From the NCBI RefSeq assembly GCF_009914755.1, contig NC_060926.1: a DNA stretch of 64,000 nucleotides; one strand, given 5' to 3'. The notes under the pieces are model-generated. The model was not told where the DNA came from and ran no database searches. It was given only the letters and a program-made list of their open reading frames with translations. This document shows positions 45,772 through 58,834 of this stretch, in pieces (positions within the stretch are counted from its first letter, which is position 1; every line of letters begins with the position of its first letter). The position numbers and the translations under genes are program-made. The stretch is from the human T2T-CHM13v2.0 reference genome, Homo sapiens.

Positions 45772-45827
45772 CATCATGAATTTCGCAAGCCAAACTAGTG
45801 ATCTTCTGAGTAATGATCATCATTGGG
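45772..45827 (-). CDS. MBOAT2: MBOAT2 coding exon (likely exon 5), 56 bp, (G)PMMIITQKITSLACEIHD(G)
   Basis: Minus strand: tcttgtcacag|CCCAATGATGATC...CATGATG|gtaaga. The translation matches the MBOAT2 protein as I recall it, and the phase fits the next exon. Confidence 0.96.
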
Positions 45828-46499
45828 CTGTGACAAGATAAAAAAAATTAGTGTTTTAAAAGAAGAAAGTTAAAACAATACTTATGACATATGAGTTAAG
45901 AGTTTATTCTGCTTTTATCACTACAAATCCTGAAATTTTTAACATAAAAAAGACCTCCAAGGGATTTCAGCAATAACTCAGAAGTTATGTATTTGAGGAC
46001 AGCATAGGCGATGGGGATCTGGACTTTCTCCGAGGCTTCAAAAAATGAAAAACAAAAGAAAAAGGCTCCACCCCTAAAAGAAATCTCCAGTGACCCAGTG
46101 ATCTAACCTGGCCTCCTCATCTCACACATTAGAAAACAAGGCCCGGAGGTAAGAAGCACGCAGGCATGAGATGTGGCCCCAGTCTCCTGCTTTCTGCTCA
46201 GTACTTTCTTCAACATATCATGGACAGACTCTCAACTCCCTATTCTAAAAACTAGGCACCCAGGAGTTACAGACTCTAAACACAGCCATCTAAGGCACTG
46301 AAATCATGATGTATTTTAAAGGAAAAAGGACTTTAAAATCATAAGAAAAAAATGGCATTATTTTCCCATATCTTATAATTACTATAATTGAATGAATAAC
46401 TTAGAAAGGAAAAAACACATCCACATAAGAAAACCACCAGGATGCATCTTAACCTTTAAAGATGACATTAGCTTACAGACAGTATTAAAAAACAGTTAA

Positions 46500-46648
46500 G
46501 GCTGGGCACGGTGGCTCATGCCTGTAATCTCAGCACTTTGGGAGGCTGAGGCGGGAGAATCGCTTGAGCCCAGGAGTCTGAGACCACCCTGGTCAACACA
46601 GCAAGACTCCATCTCTATAAAAATAAATAAAATAAAATAAGAATAAAT
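46500..46648 (+). mobile_element. Alu monomer (FLAM_C-like)
   Basis: ggctgggcacggtggctc...gactccatctct plus a (TAAAA)n tail. Confidence 0.85.
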
Positions 46649-47693
46649 AAAACCACCAGGAAGGCTTTTATCCTTTATTACATTAGCTTACAAACTATAC
46701 TGAAGAACAATTGACCAGAAGTTATTTAATTTTTTGAAACAATAATATAATAAACCCAGAAAATTGTGTTTTGCCTCAAGGTAGACTGTGCTCTATACAC
46801 ATGCAGAGGAGAACATGTTTCACGGAATCCTGAGGACAGTGTGGCGCACGCAGCATCACCCCATGCACTGCCAAGGAAAGGGGCCAGGAGGGGAGAGGAC
46901 CCCAGCCTAGGGAGGCTTAGACCCCCGTGGGTCTAGTTCTGACCTGCTCTCTTCCAGCAGTCCACACCGCTCAGTGCAGAAGCTCGAACTGCTGCCTCTC
47001 GCAAACAGAGGTGTCTTTCTCACAAGGTCAGCAAACGGCAGCAAGGGTTTGCTTTAAACATTCCTACCACTGGAAATTTGATTCACAGACCTGGGCCCTT
47101 GAGAAGCTACAGCTCATTCTCCTCAACTAACGGGAAGGTCTCATCAATGACAAATGTTCTTAAACTGGAAGTGCTTAAGGGAGGAGATTTCTCTTAGGTT
47201 CCCTTAAAAAGTCAGTTCTTACATTAACATACTCACTCCTCAGGAAATCATGCTTCAACCAACCTAATCCCCCAGGTGGCTTGGAACACCCGATTGCTAT
47301 TTCTGCTTTGCAAGATAGATACCCTTCAAGCCCTTGAAAATGATAAAAATGCCCTATAATTTCCATTTCCCTGGGGGAGAGAATCATTTTTCTCACACTG
47401 CCTAATTCTTTTCATAGTTTAGCTCACTGGTGAGTTATAAAATTCTCTTCAGTTCTAAATTCTAATTTCCACGTCACCTTAAAACATAGTAACAACTGAT
47501 AAAATAATTATTACATTTATTTTGTCAATTCAGTGACACAGTAAGCTGTCAGGTATACATAGACAAGATGTTAAAAAAATGCAAATAAGTGCTCTGAGTG
47601 TCCTTCTTGTGCCCACTTGGGCCCCTGAACCCACATGCAACTTCTATTCCATCAGGTGCAAAGGACACAGAAACTCTTATGAAAGTAAGCTGC

Positions 47694-47812
47694 GCTGGGA
47701 GGACGGGTGACATGTGGCTGGGAGGACGGGTAAGGTGTGGCTGGGAGTATGTGTGACATGTACCTGAGAGGATGGGTGACGTGTAGCTAGGAGGACAGGT
47801 GACATGTAGCTG
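47694..47812. repeat. Degenerate 23-bp minisatellite, 5 copies
   Basis: Consensus gctgggaggacgggtgacatgt(g/a). Confidence 0.88.
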
Positions 47813-48289
47813 TATTGCTGGTTCCAAGAATCATGCTCTAACAGAGCGGGAGGGAAGGCAGGAAACAGACCTGAATACTCCAGCCTCTCTCCAAATGCTG
47901 CTCCCTTTACCCAGACTACTCTTCCTCGAAGCATTTTACAAGGATAAGTTACTCCTCCCTCTTCATGAATCAGCTGAAGAGTCACTTCACACAAGAGGCC
48001 CACTGGACAACTCTATCTCAAGTAGCTTCCCCTGTGCCCACAAAAACACACACACACACGCGCGCACGCAAATACTCTTCATTTCATCTTAGTCCTTGTT
48101 TGTTTCCTTCAAGGTGTTTTCACATTCATAGTTGTTTTTTTTATTAAATCTCAGTGGTTGTTTTAAAATCTCTCCCTTTTTAAGAAAGTCCATGAGGCAA
48201 GGAACCTAACAGTCTTGTTCACCACTGAATCTCCAGCATGTAGCACAGTGTCTGGCACAAAATATGTGCTAAATGTAAAAAAATGTCTT

Positions 48290-48574
48290 TTTCATCAGGG
48301 TCTCGCTCTGTCACCCAGGCTGGAGTGCAGTGGTGCAATCTCGGGTGACTGAAGCCTTGACCTTCTGGGCTCAAGTGATCCTCCCACCTCAGCCTCCAAA
48401 GCAGCTAACCCTACAGGTACATGCTACCACACGTGGGTAATTTTTAAATTTTTTGTAGACACGGGGTTTTGCTATGTTGCCCAGGCTGGTCTCAAACTCC
48501 TGGGCTTAAGCGATCCACCCACCTCAGCCTCTCAAAAGTACTGAACTTACAGGTGTGAGCCACCGTGCCTGGCC
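48290..48574 (-). mobile_element. AluJ
   Basis: Antisense dimer. Confidence 0.87.
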
Positions 48575-50186
48575 AATAAATATTTTTAAAATATCAAATA
48601 AACTGAATCTAAGTGTCCAGTCAAGATCTATTATTCCTTCTGTAGGTTAATTATACTCTCTCCCATCTGTTCTTTCTCATCTGTGCTTGAAAGCATTTAT
48701 TATATATTGTAATGATTTGTTTACTTTTCTATTACTACAAAAAACCCATGAGCTACTCAACAGTTAGGAACACAGCTTTAATTATTTCTGTGCCTTCAGT
48801 ACCTGGCACCTAATACACTATCAGTGTGGTGACTGGTTTATAGAAATGCTTCATCATATTTTGGTTTCATTTCCTGATGGTCATTAGCTCAACACATTCC
48901 CTTTGTTTTAAGTGGATGGCAGTCCCAAGGCTTCTGGTCCAACCCATCAGCCGGTGCGTAGCACATGGAGAAACAGAAAGACAGAAGACAAAATTATCAT
49001 AGGGAACTATGCAGGAGTATGTTATGGATGAAAATAAGAAAGGATTATAGGAAAAGTTCAGTAAGGGATGAGCAGATTAAAGAGAGCTCAGAAATGCAAA
49101 TTGGAGGGCAAAACAGACATATGAGTCCAACGCAGCAGGTATATGGCTGGGAGACAAGAAAGACTGATGGGAAAGGGCATATCTCACCCTTCCGCAGCAG
49201 GAACGACTGTGCAGGAAGCATTTACAACAAAAACAGTGCAATGGTGCACAGGGAGGTAACTGCAGTGGGCTTTCTTAACAGCATATTTTGTTCATAAATC
49301 TCTGGTTCAGGACAATTAGGGTGATTCACACAACTATTTCACTTACATCTTTACTGACATTTTAACTATTAAATATCTGTTGACTTTGTATTAATGGAGC
49401 TTCAGTATCTAACCACTTCCTGGGCCCTAGGAAAGTCTGGGATACCTTGACACGAATTGGAAAGAACCTCCTGTTTCCCTAGGATGGAAATGGGAAGCTG
49501 AAGAAGGTAGGAGAGGCAGAAGGCTTTGGAACTTCCAGAGTGAGGTCAGGGCCTCAGGATGGAGCTTCCGTTTCCTTCTATAGGACAACATTAGTATATT
49601 TAAGTGGTATTACCGAAATTTCCTTCCAGTGATACTCTGCTAAGAATGTGGGAAAATATGAAATATAACTGTCCAAAGTAATACTTCAACTGATGTAACA
49701 GTTTCAGCTAATATTAAAAAATTCAGCTGAAGTAAAAACTCCAGACTTTCTGAAATAAAACAAAGGATGAAAAAGTTAAAAAATATATTCACACACTTTT
49801 TTCTCTACAAAGAACAAGAATAGTAGGATTTGGTTCTATTACACAGTAAAACTCAAATGTAGTTAAACATTACAAGATAATGAATGCTAAAAATGAACAA
49901 TTACTTTCATGATTGTTCCATTATCTCTGGGAGACCACTAAGCTTAAGGGAAGTCTGTATATTAATGCTACAAATCAACTAAAAGCATCTACTAGGTAAC
50001 AGCTTGCCACCAGGACATGTGTTACCCAGCAACGGAGGCAAACTGTTAACTGTTCACCTCAGTTATCCTAAGTGTACAAGTACCCTTTCAACCAAACAAG
50101 ATCCACTGACACCAAGTAACCCCACTTACCTAACACCAAATGAATACAAAGTGAGAGATAATGGAAAAGTCCATTGGTCTTAGTCA

Positions 50187-51165
50187 TCCATTCATTCATT
50201 TACTTACTGCTTCATTCAGAAAAAAAAAAGTATTTAATTAATGAGCACCTACGATGCACCAAGTACTGTTCTATGTGCCAAAGATACAATGTGAACAAGA
50301 CAGGCCAAGTCCTTGCTGCTATGAAATTTATACTGTACTGGAGAGAGACAGATTATAAACAAATAAACAGGTAAAAGACACAGTGTGTCAGATGCTGCCA
50401 GTCCTGGGCAGTGAAATGAAGCAGGGTAAGGGGCCTAAGGAATACAGAACACAGGTGGGAACCGGCCTCACCCAGAAGATGACAGTGAAATAGAGGACAA
50501 GCTCTGTGGAGGCCTGGGGTAAAAATATTCCAGGAAGAGAGAAAAGTAAGTTCAACAGCCCCAGGAAGAAGTGTGACTGGCATGTTGGAGGATCAGTACG
50601 GAGGCCAATGTGATGAGCAAGGAGGACAGGAACAGAAGCTAAAGATGGCAAGCAGGACACCGGATCCAGCAGGCTCTGCAGAGCGAGGACACAGGCTTGG
50701 ATCTGAGTGACACGGGAAACTACTGGAGGATTTTAGGCAAAAGAGTGACTTGGTTTTAAAAGAATATATTCTGACTCTAGGTTGAAAAAAGACTGTGGGG
50801 GCACCAGAGGCAGGGGGAGGGGGTGGGGGAGGAGGCAGGGGGAGGGGGTGGGGGAGGAGGCAGGGGGAGGGGGTGGGGGAGGAGGCAGGGGAGGTGGGCA
50901 GGGGGAGATGGTGGCTCAGACCAGGGTAACAGCACAGGAGGTCTGAAGTCACCTCTAGATCTATTCTGAAAGGAAAGTCAATGGGATTCGATAATGTATC
51001 CAATGTGGGGTTTCATACCTGGAACCACCAAGGTTTTTGACCAGGGTAACTAACTAGGAGGAGAAAGCTGACTGAGAAGGGAAAACAGCACTGCAGCTTC
51101 AGGCACGCTTGGCACAAGAGGCCCTAGACAGCAGGGTACATAGGCAGCTGGACATAAGAGTCAGA
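50187..51165 (-). mobile_element. L2 3' fragment
   Basis: cattcattcattt...tgagcacct...; contains the G-rich minisatellite. Confidence 0.6.
50807..50907 (+). repeat. G-rich 25-bp minisatellite (3 copies plus a partial)
   Basis: (gaggcagggggagggggtgggggag) x3. Confidence 0.92.
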
Positions 51166-51735
51166 ACACTTAATCCTGACCCCACATCAGCTGTGGAAAA
51201 CAAGGAAGTTATTTAACTTTTCTCAAAACGGTTACCTATAAAACACAAGTGATAATAATGCCACTGTGTGGATTAAATTCAATAGTATCTGAGACACAGC
51301 AGATGTTTAATAGGAGCTGGGTCCCTTCTCCCATTCACACCTTTGCATAGTAACTGCCAGAACTGCTAAGAAGCCAGTGGCGCTGAAGGGACCTAATAAT
51401 CAAAAGGGAAGTGCTGTTCCTGGAGAAGCTTTCTCTTGAGAACAGGAAATGAAAGGTATGTGAATAAACTACATAACAAAGTATCCACTGCCCAGTGAGC
51501 TATTTGAAGGTCTGCACAGAGAGAGCTGAGGGAATGCATTTCAAACAAGAGTCATTTAGTTTGGGCCTTTAAGACTGCAGAAGTTTGGACATGCAGATAT
51601 GGCTGGAAGGATGTTCCAAGGAGAGACACTGGGATAAGCAGCAGAACTGAAGAAGAAAGAACAGGTGAGAGGGCACACATCAAGGAGGCCCTGCAGGCCT
51701 GTCACCAGCTTCTCAGCCTCAGGAAAACACTGCAT

Positions 51736-51971
51736 TTTTTTTTTTAATACTCTAAGTTCTGGGATACATGTGCAGATCGTGCAGGTTTGTTACATAGGTA
51801 TACATGTGCCATGGTGGTATGCTGCACCCATCAACCCCTCATCTACATTAGGTATTTCTCCTAATGCTAACCCTCCCCTAGCCCCCACCCGCCGACAGAA
51901 CCCGATACGTGATATTCCCCTCCCTGTGTCCACGTGTTCTCATGGTTCAACTCCCACTTATGAGTGAGAAC
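51736..51971 (-). mobile_element. 5'-truncated L1PA 3' end
   Basis: Reverse complement of the L1PA 3'UTR; TSD aacactgcat (51726-51735 and 51972-51981). Confidence 0.9.
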
Positions 51972-52425
51972 AACACTGCATGTTTCTGACGAACCTTGTA
52001 CCACACTGCTTTGTGAACACACATACATTCAGGGAGAAAGGCTTGGTTCGGTAGGGTGGGGAACAGACAAAGCAAACCATAAATAGATCCATCTCTGTTT
52101 ACTCCTGGTAACTTGAATTACATTAGTGGCAGCTAAACGGAATGTTTCCTGTAATCAAACGTAGGTCAAGGGCTGGGAGACACTCCCACAGAATGGGCCA
52201 GGATAAAGGCCCACTACTTGCAGGCAGTTGAATGATTCATATCGACCCTATTTACAACACAGTTGCTGGGCGCCATGTGCGGGGAAGATAATGAAGGGCC
52301 AAGGGGGGCCTTCCATGACTCATTTCAGAGAACACAGAAACACATCTACAATTAGACTCTGAACGTGAATAATACTTTCTAAAAAGGAGTGATGGACATG
52401 ACAAGCACACCTGTGGCTATCAGAT

Positions 52426-53410
52426 TGTGTGCAGAACTGGTGGGTTCTTGGTCTCGCTGACTTCAAGAATGAAGCCACAGACCCTCACGGTGACAGTTCT
52501 TAAAGATGGTGTGTCCGGAGTTTGTTCCTTCTGATGTTCAGACGTGTCCAGAATTTCTTCCTTCTGGTGGGTTCGTGGTCTTGCTGACTTCAGGAGTGAA
52601 GCTGCAGACCTTCACGGTGAGTGTTACAGCTCTTAAAGGCGGCACGTCTGGAGTTGTTCGTTCCTCCCAGTGGGTTCGTGGTCTCCCCGACTTCAGGAGT
52701 GAAGCTGCAGACCTTCGTGGTGTTACAGTTCATAAAGGCGGCACGTCCGGAGTTGTTCATTCCTCCCAGTGGGTTCGTGGTCTTGCTGACTTCAGGAGTA
52801 AAGCTGCAGACCTTCATGGTGAGTGTTACCGCCTCATAAAGGCGGTGGGGACCCAAAGAGTGAGCAGCAGCAAGATTTATTGTGAAGAGCAAAAGAATAA
52901 AACTTCCACAGCGTGGAAACGGACCCTAGCGGGAGCCACTGCTGGCTCACCTGGCCTGCTTTTATTCCCTTATTTGGCCCCACCCACATCCTGCTGATTG
53001 GTCAATTTTACAGAGTGCTGATAGGTCCATTCTACAGAGTGCTGATTGGCCCATTTTACAGAGTGCTGATTGGTCCATTTTACAGAGTGCTAATTGGTCC
53101 GTTTTACAGAGTGCTGATTGGTCCGTTTTACAGAGTGCTGATTGGTCCGTTTTACAGAGTGCTGACTGGTGTGTTTACAATCCTTTAGCTAGACACAGAG
53201 TGCTGGTTGGTGCATTTACAATCCTTGAGCTAGACACAAAAGTTCTCCAAGTCCTCACCCAATTAGCTAGACACAGAGCGCTGATTGGTGCATTTACAAA
53301 CCTTTAGCTAGATACAAAGTGCTGATTGGTGCATTTACAATCCTTTAGCTAGACAGAAAAGTGCTCCAAGTCCCCACCCAACCCAGAAGCCCAGCCAGCT
53401 TCACCTCTCA
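52426..53410 (-). mobile_element. 3' LTR (LTR12 family), 985 bp
   Basis: Homologous to 60130-61031; preceded on minus by the polypurine tract GAGGGGGGAT (53411-53420); AATAAA at 52876-52881. Confidence 0.95.
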
Positions 53411-53469
53411 ATCCCCCCTCTAAACAGGACACCCAACTGCTATTGAGAATTTGGCCGATGACCGCTCTA

Positions 53470-54320
<851 letters not shown>

Positions 54321-54389
54321 TTACACTGTTAACTTTTAGCAAAATTTACTTTAGTTGAAAACCTTGTTAAGTTTGGGATTTTAATTTTT

Positions 54390-54800
54390 CTTTGCTATTA
54401 ATAAGACCTTGTTCAGTCCATATTAACTTAAAATTGGTATAGACGGCTCCTTCCTGATTCTATAAGTACTTTAAGGTTTGGCTGAGTGCAAACAGCTCAC
54501 ACGTTTGAGCAGACCAATTATTAGGCAATTTTCCTAACTCTGCTTCTGTAATAGTTTCCTTATCACTTACTGAATACCCATTGTGTCTTTTTCCTTAATC
54601 GCCTGGGAGGAACCATCTATCTCCTGTCCTGAAGGGAGTTCCTCCTATGCCTGATGGGACCTTTGTATGATAATTAAGATTTAGATCCCGTTAGGAAACC
54701 TGCTGGGTTAAGGATTTTTGATAGGAAGGCTACGGGCTGTCAGTGGCCTCAGTGCTTTCGGGCTATGCCCTTGTTTACACTGATAACAAGGTGGTATTGG
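54390..54800 (-). pseudogene. Second, heterologous pol fragment (connection/tether plus RNase H), HERV-I/HERVIP10-like
   Basis: Manual translation: QPVAFLSKILNPAGFLTG ... IDGSSQAIK/RHNGYSVSDKETITEAELGKLPNNWSAQTCELFALSQTLKYL*NQEGAVYTNFKLIWTEQGLINSK. The lineage assignment is from memory. Confidence 0.75.
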
Positions 54801-55089
54801 AGTGTTACAGGGTTATAGAGAAGACCTTCAATTATCAATTATAGGTTTTAAAATTTACCCTGGCTTTTAAAGGAAAGGGGTACACTGTTTTTTCTTTACT
54901 ACTTCTCTCTTTGACTTCTTTGTCTCTGTCTCTTCCTCTCTTTGACTTTCTGTGTCTCTTTCTCTCTTTTTCTCTGATTCCATCTTTGTCTCTTCCTCTC
55001 TGTCTCCTTCTTTGTCTCTCTTTCATCCTCTCTCTTTCTCTGACTTTCTGTCTCTTTCTCTCTTTCCTTTCTGCTGCCTCTGCCAGCTG

Positions 55090-57328
55090 CTTATGCTGCT
55101 GTTCTCCCCTCTCCTTCCCCTTTGGATGGCTTCAGCAGTGTAAGACTGCCACCTCCTTGGGTTTCTGTACTGCATGCAATAACTCCATGGTTTCCTTGTG
55201 GTATTTAATGGAGGGAACGTTCCCCCAGAGGTTAGGAACTCCCTTTCTTTCCATATTGCAGCATGGGCATGTAGGATTAGATAAGCATACTTGCTATCTG
55301 TATACACATTTATTCTTTTTCCCCTTCCCAGTTCTAAGGCTTGGGTAAGTGCCACTAGTTCTGCTAATTGGGCACTGGTCCCTGGGGGAAGAGGCTTACT
55401 TTCAAGTATGGTTACATCACTAACTATGGCATAACCTGCCCTTCATATCCCATTCTCCACAAATGAACTTCCATCAGTATATAGGTTAAGGTCAGGATTA
55501 GCTAAGGGGACTTCTAAGAGGTCATCTTGGGCGGCAAAACTCTAGACTATAATTTGTTGGCAGTCATGCTCGATTGGTTCCCCATCCTCTGGGAGAAAAG
55601 TGGCAGGGTTGAGGGCCACACACATACATATCTGAAGCACTGGTCCCTCAAGGAGTAGCGCCTGGTATCTAAGTAGGCAATTGTCTGATAGCCATAAACT
55701 TCCTTTGCCACCTAGTATGCCATTTACATCACGAGTAGTTCAGATAGTGAGATCCTTTCCTTGTATTATTTTGATAGCCTCTGACACTAAGACGGCCACC
55801 GCCACAACTATCCGTAAACAGTGAGGCCAATCTTTTGCTACTACATCAATTTCCTTACTTTGGTATGCCACTGTTTGTGGGGTTGTCCCACGAGTCTGAG
55901 TAAGGACTCCAAGAGCTATCCTTGCTCCTCTGTGACATACAAAGAGAAGTTTTGTCCTGTCGGAAGGCTTAAAGCTGGAGCTTGTACTAGGGCCTGCTTT
56001 AAGGTTTTTGAAGGCTGTTTCTGCCCCTGGTTCCCGTTCTACTAGATGAGTATTTGCCCTGGGTCTCCTTGATTAGAGTATAGAGGGGCCTGGCTATCTT
56101 GCTGTATCCGGGGATCCATAGTTGGCAAAAGCCAGTGATTCCAAAGAACCCCCGCAACTGTTTTAATGTCTTAGGGCACGGATAAGCCAGTACAGCCTGT
56201 ATTCATTCCTTGCTGAGGGCCCTGGTTCCTCTAGCTAAGATTAGGCCTAGATATTTGGCCTGCTGTAGGCAAAGCTGGGCCTTCGACCTAGACACCTAGT
56301 ACCCTTGATTAGCTAGAAAGTTCAAGAGATCTAGAGTAGCCTGCTGGCAAGAGGCTTCTGAACTGGTGGCCAAAAGTAAATCATCCACATACTGAAGGAC
56401 CAGAGTGCCTGGACTTGAGAAGTGGCCTAGATCTTGGGCCAGTGCCTGACCAAACAGGGGAGGGCTATCCCTAAACCCTGGGGGCAAGACCGTCCACGTA
56501 AGTTGGGACGTGTGGTCTGTGGGATCCTCAAAGGCAAAGAGAAACTGGGAGTCAGAGTGCAGGGGAATACAGAAGAAGGCATCCTTGAGGTCCAGAACAG
56601 TGAACCATTCTGCTTCCTCTGGTATTTGAGAGAGCAGGTTATAGGGGTTGGGTACAACTGGATATAGAGGAATTACTGCCTCATTGATAAGTCTAAGATC
56701 TTGCACTAGTCTCCACTGACCATTCGGTTTTTGTACTCCTAGAATTGGGGTGTTGCAGGGACTGCTGCATTTCCTTATTAAGGCTTGAGCTTTGAAACGT
56801 TTAACAATATCTTGCAATCCTTTATGAGCTCCAGGTCTTAAGGGATATTGCCTTTGATAAGGAAAAGTGGTGGGGTCTTTTAGCCTGATTTGGAATGGGC
56901 GGGCATTTTTTGCCCTTCCAAATTGCCCTTCCAATGCCCAGACTTCAGGGTTGATTCCCTCTTCAAGTAGTGGACAACAAATGGGTAACTTGTTCCCCAT
57001 ATTCACGTAGATAATAGCTCCAGCTTTGGCTAATATATCCCTCCCTAATAAGGGTGTGGGACTTTCAGGCATAACAAGGCAGGCATGTGAAAAGAGCCAA
57101 GTCTCCCAATTACAACTGAGGAGGTGGGAGAAATACCTGGTTACAGGCTGTTCCAGGATTCCTCGGATGGTAATGGACCTTGAGGACAGTCATCCAGGAC
57201 AGGAGATTAGCACTGAGAAGGCCGCGCCAGTGTCCAGGAGGAAGTCAATGTCCTGGCCCTCAATGGTTAAACCGTACCTGGGGCTCAGTGAGGGTGATGA
57301 CATGAGCTGGCGCTTGCCCTGGGCACCC
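55090..57328 (-). pseudogene. ERV9 pro-pol remnant (protease, RT, tether, RNase H); integrase absent
   Basis: Protease FLLDTGAAFSV (about 57210-57245); RT ORF 56296..57072 with LDLKDAFF, LPPG and YVDD; RNase H YTDGSS...SAQLAELVAL...YTDSKY (about 55270-55485); stops and frameshifts throughout. Confidence 0.93.
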
Positions 57329-58789
57329 TCAGTCCTGTTGTTGGATCATCTGGTTGGGGGTTTCTGACCCAGAGAACCTTTGTCTTATGGAGCAGTGCAC
57401 CTTCCAGTGATTGCCACTGCATAGCGGACATGGATGAGGGGGTAGCTTGTTTCTCATTGGACAATCTTTTTTAAAGTGTCCTTGTAAACCACACTCTTAA
57501 CAAATCCTACCAGATGATTGGCCTGCTCCATTTTCTGTCCTCTCTGAACCACCAAGGTTTGTTTGTCTGAGGGCCATGACTAAGGCTGCGGCCTTTCTCT
57601 GATCTCGCTTTTCCTTTTGGGCCTGTTCCTCTTGGTCCCTATTATAGAACACCGAGGTTGCCAGGTTTAATAATGCCTCCAGATTTTGTTCAGGGCCCAG
57701 GGCTTGCTTTTGGAGCTTTCTCCTGATATCTGCGGCTGATTGGGTAATAAACTTATCTTTTAGAATCAATTGACCCTCTAGTGATTTGGGTGACAGGGGA
57801 GTATATTTTCTTAAGGCCCCCCATAGCTGTTCAAGGAAGGCAGAAGGATTTTTTTCCTTTCCCTGAGTTACGGTGGACAACATTGAGTAATTCATGGCTT
57901 TTTTCCTAATTCTTCTTAGTCCTTCTAGAACACAGGACAACAGATGTTTACGACTCCAGTCCCCATGATCTGAGTTGAGGTCCCAGTGGAGATCCATACT
58001 GGGGATGGCTTGCTGACCAGTAGGGAATTTGTCCCTTTCTTCAGCTGTCATTCTATCATTTACTTGACTAAGATACCAAGTATCTCCAAACTTTGGGGCT
58101 GCAGCTAAAGTCGCATTCTTTTCATTAAAGGCCAGGGTTTGATCTAATAATAGCATGACATCTCTCCAAGTGAGCTCAAAGGTTTGCCCTAGACCCTGTA
58201 GGACATCTATGTACCTATCAGGATCATCTGAAAACTTCCCCAGGTCTGCCTTGATCTGCTTTAAATCAGAGAGGGAGAAGGGGACATGTACCCAGGTTGG
58301 GCCAAATTTCCCTCCTCCTACAGCTTGAAGGAGACATATCCAATAACCTGGGGGGTTTTGTGGTACTTTGGAGATTTCTTTGCTTATTTCCTTCTGAGTG
58401 GGGGAGATTAGAGGAGGATTATCATTAATAGAAAGGGGAGCTATAGGGAGGCTAGGATATGGCGGTAAGCTGAAAGGTCCTCCTGTGGGATATAAATTTC
58501 AAGCTTTGCATACTTGTGTATTCTCCTTCAATGAAAAGAAAGCTCAGACATAAGGTATTTCACTCCATTTGCCTTCCCTCTTACAGAAAAGATCAAGCTT
58601 CAGGATAGTATTGTAATTTGTACTTCCCTCTGGTGGCCATTTTTCCCCATCAGAGAGAGAATACTGGGGCCAGGCTGTAGTGCAGAAAAAAATGAGCTGC
58701 CTCTTTTTCAGGGTTTGTGGGTCAAATTGGTCCCAATGGCTTAGGATGCATTTCAAGGGTGAGCCTGTTGATGCCTGAGTGTTTCCCAT
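57329..58789 (-). pseudogene. ERV9 gag remnant (MA MGNTQAS..., CA, NC zinc knuckles), interrupted
   Basis: ORFs 58544..58924 and 57497..58156. The first knuckle C*ECGLQGHFKKDC contains a stop; the second is CPLCSGNHWKVHC. Gag ends at GACTGAGGG. Confidence 0.92.
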
Positions 58790-58834
58790 CTGAAAGACAA
58801 AACCACCCATGGTTTTGGTTTGTTTTGTTTCTCG

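Noticed and set aside
50593-51003. 136-aa proline-rich ORF
   Set aside because: It arises from the C-rich strand of a minisatellite inside an L2; no splice or coding support.
52913-53188. ORF with (RVLIGPFY)n repeats; the regularly spaced repeats superficially resemble a CRISPR array
   Set aside because: These are the 24-bp tandem U3 repeats of LTR12, with no unique spacers, read antisense; the context is eukaryotic.
54835-55348. Low-complexity ORFs rich in K/E/R or S/L
   Set aside because: They are translations of the GA/TC-rich tract inside the provirus.
56296-58156. Long RT (258 aa) and Gag (219 aa) ORFs as functional or domesticated genes
   Set aside because: They are bounded by premature stops and frameshifts (a stop in the zinc knuckle, RT truncated after YVDD), and integrase is absent.
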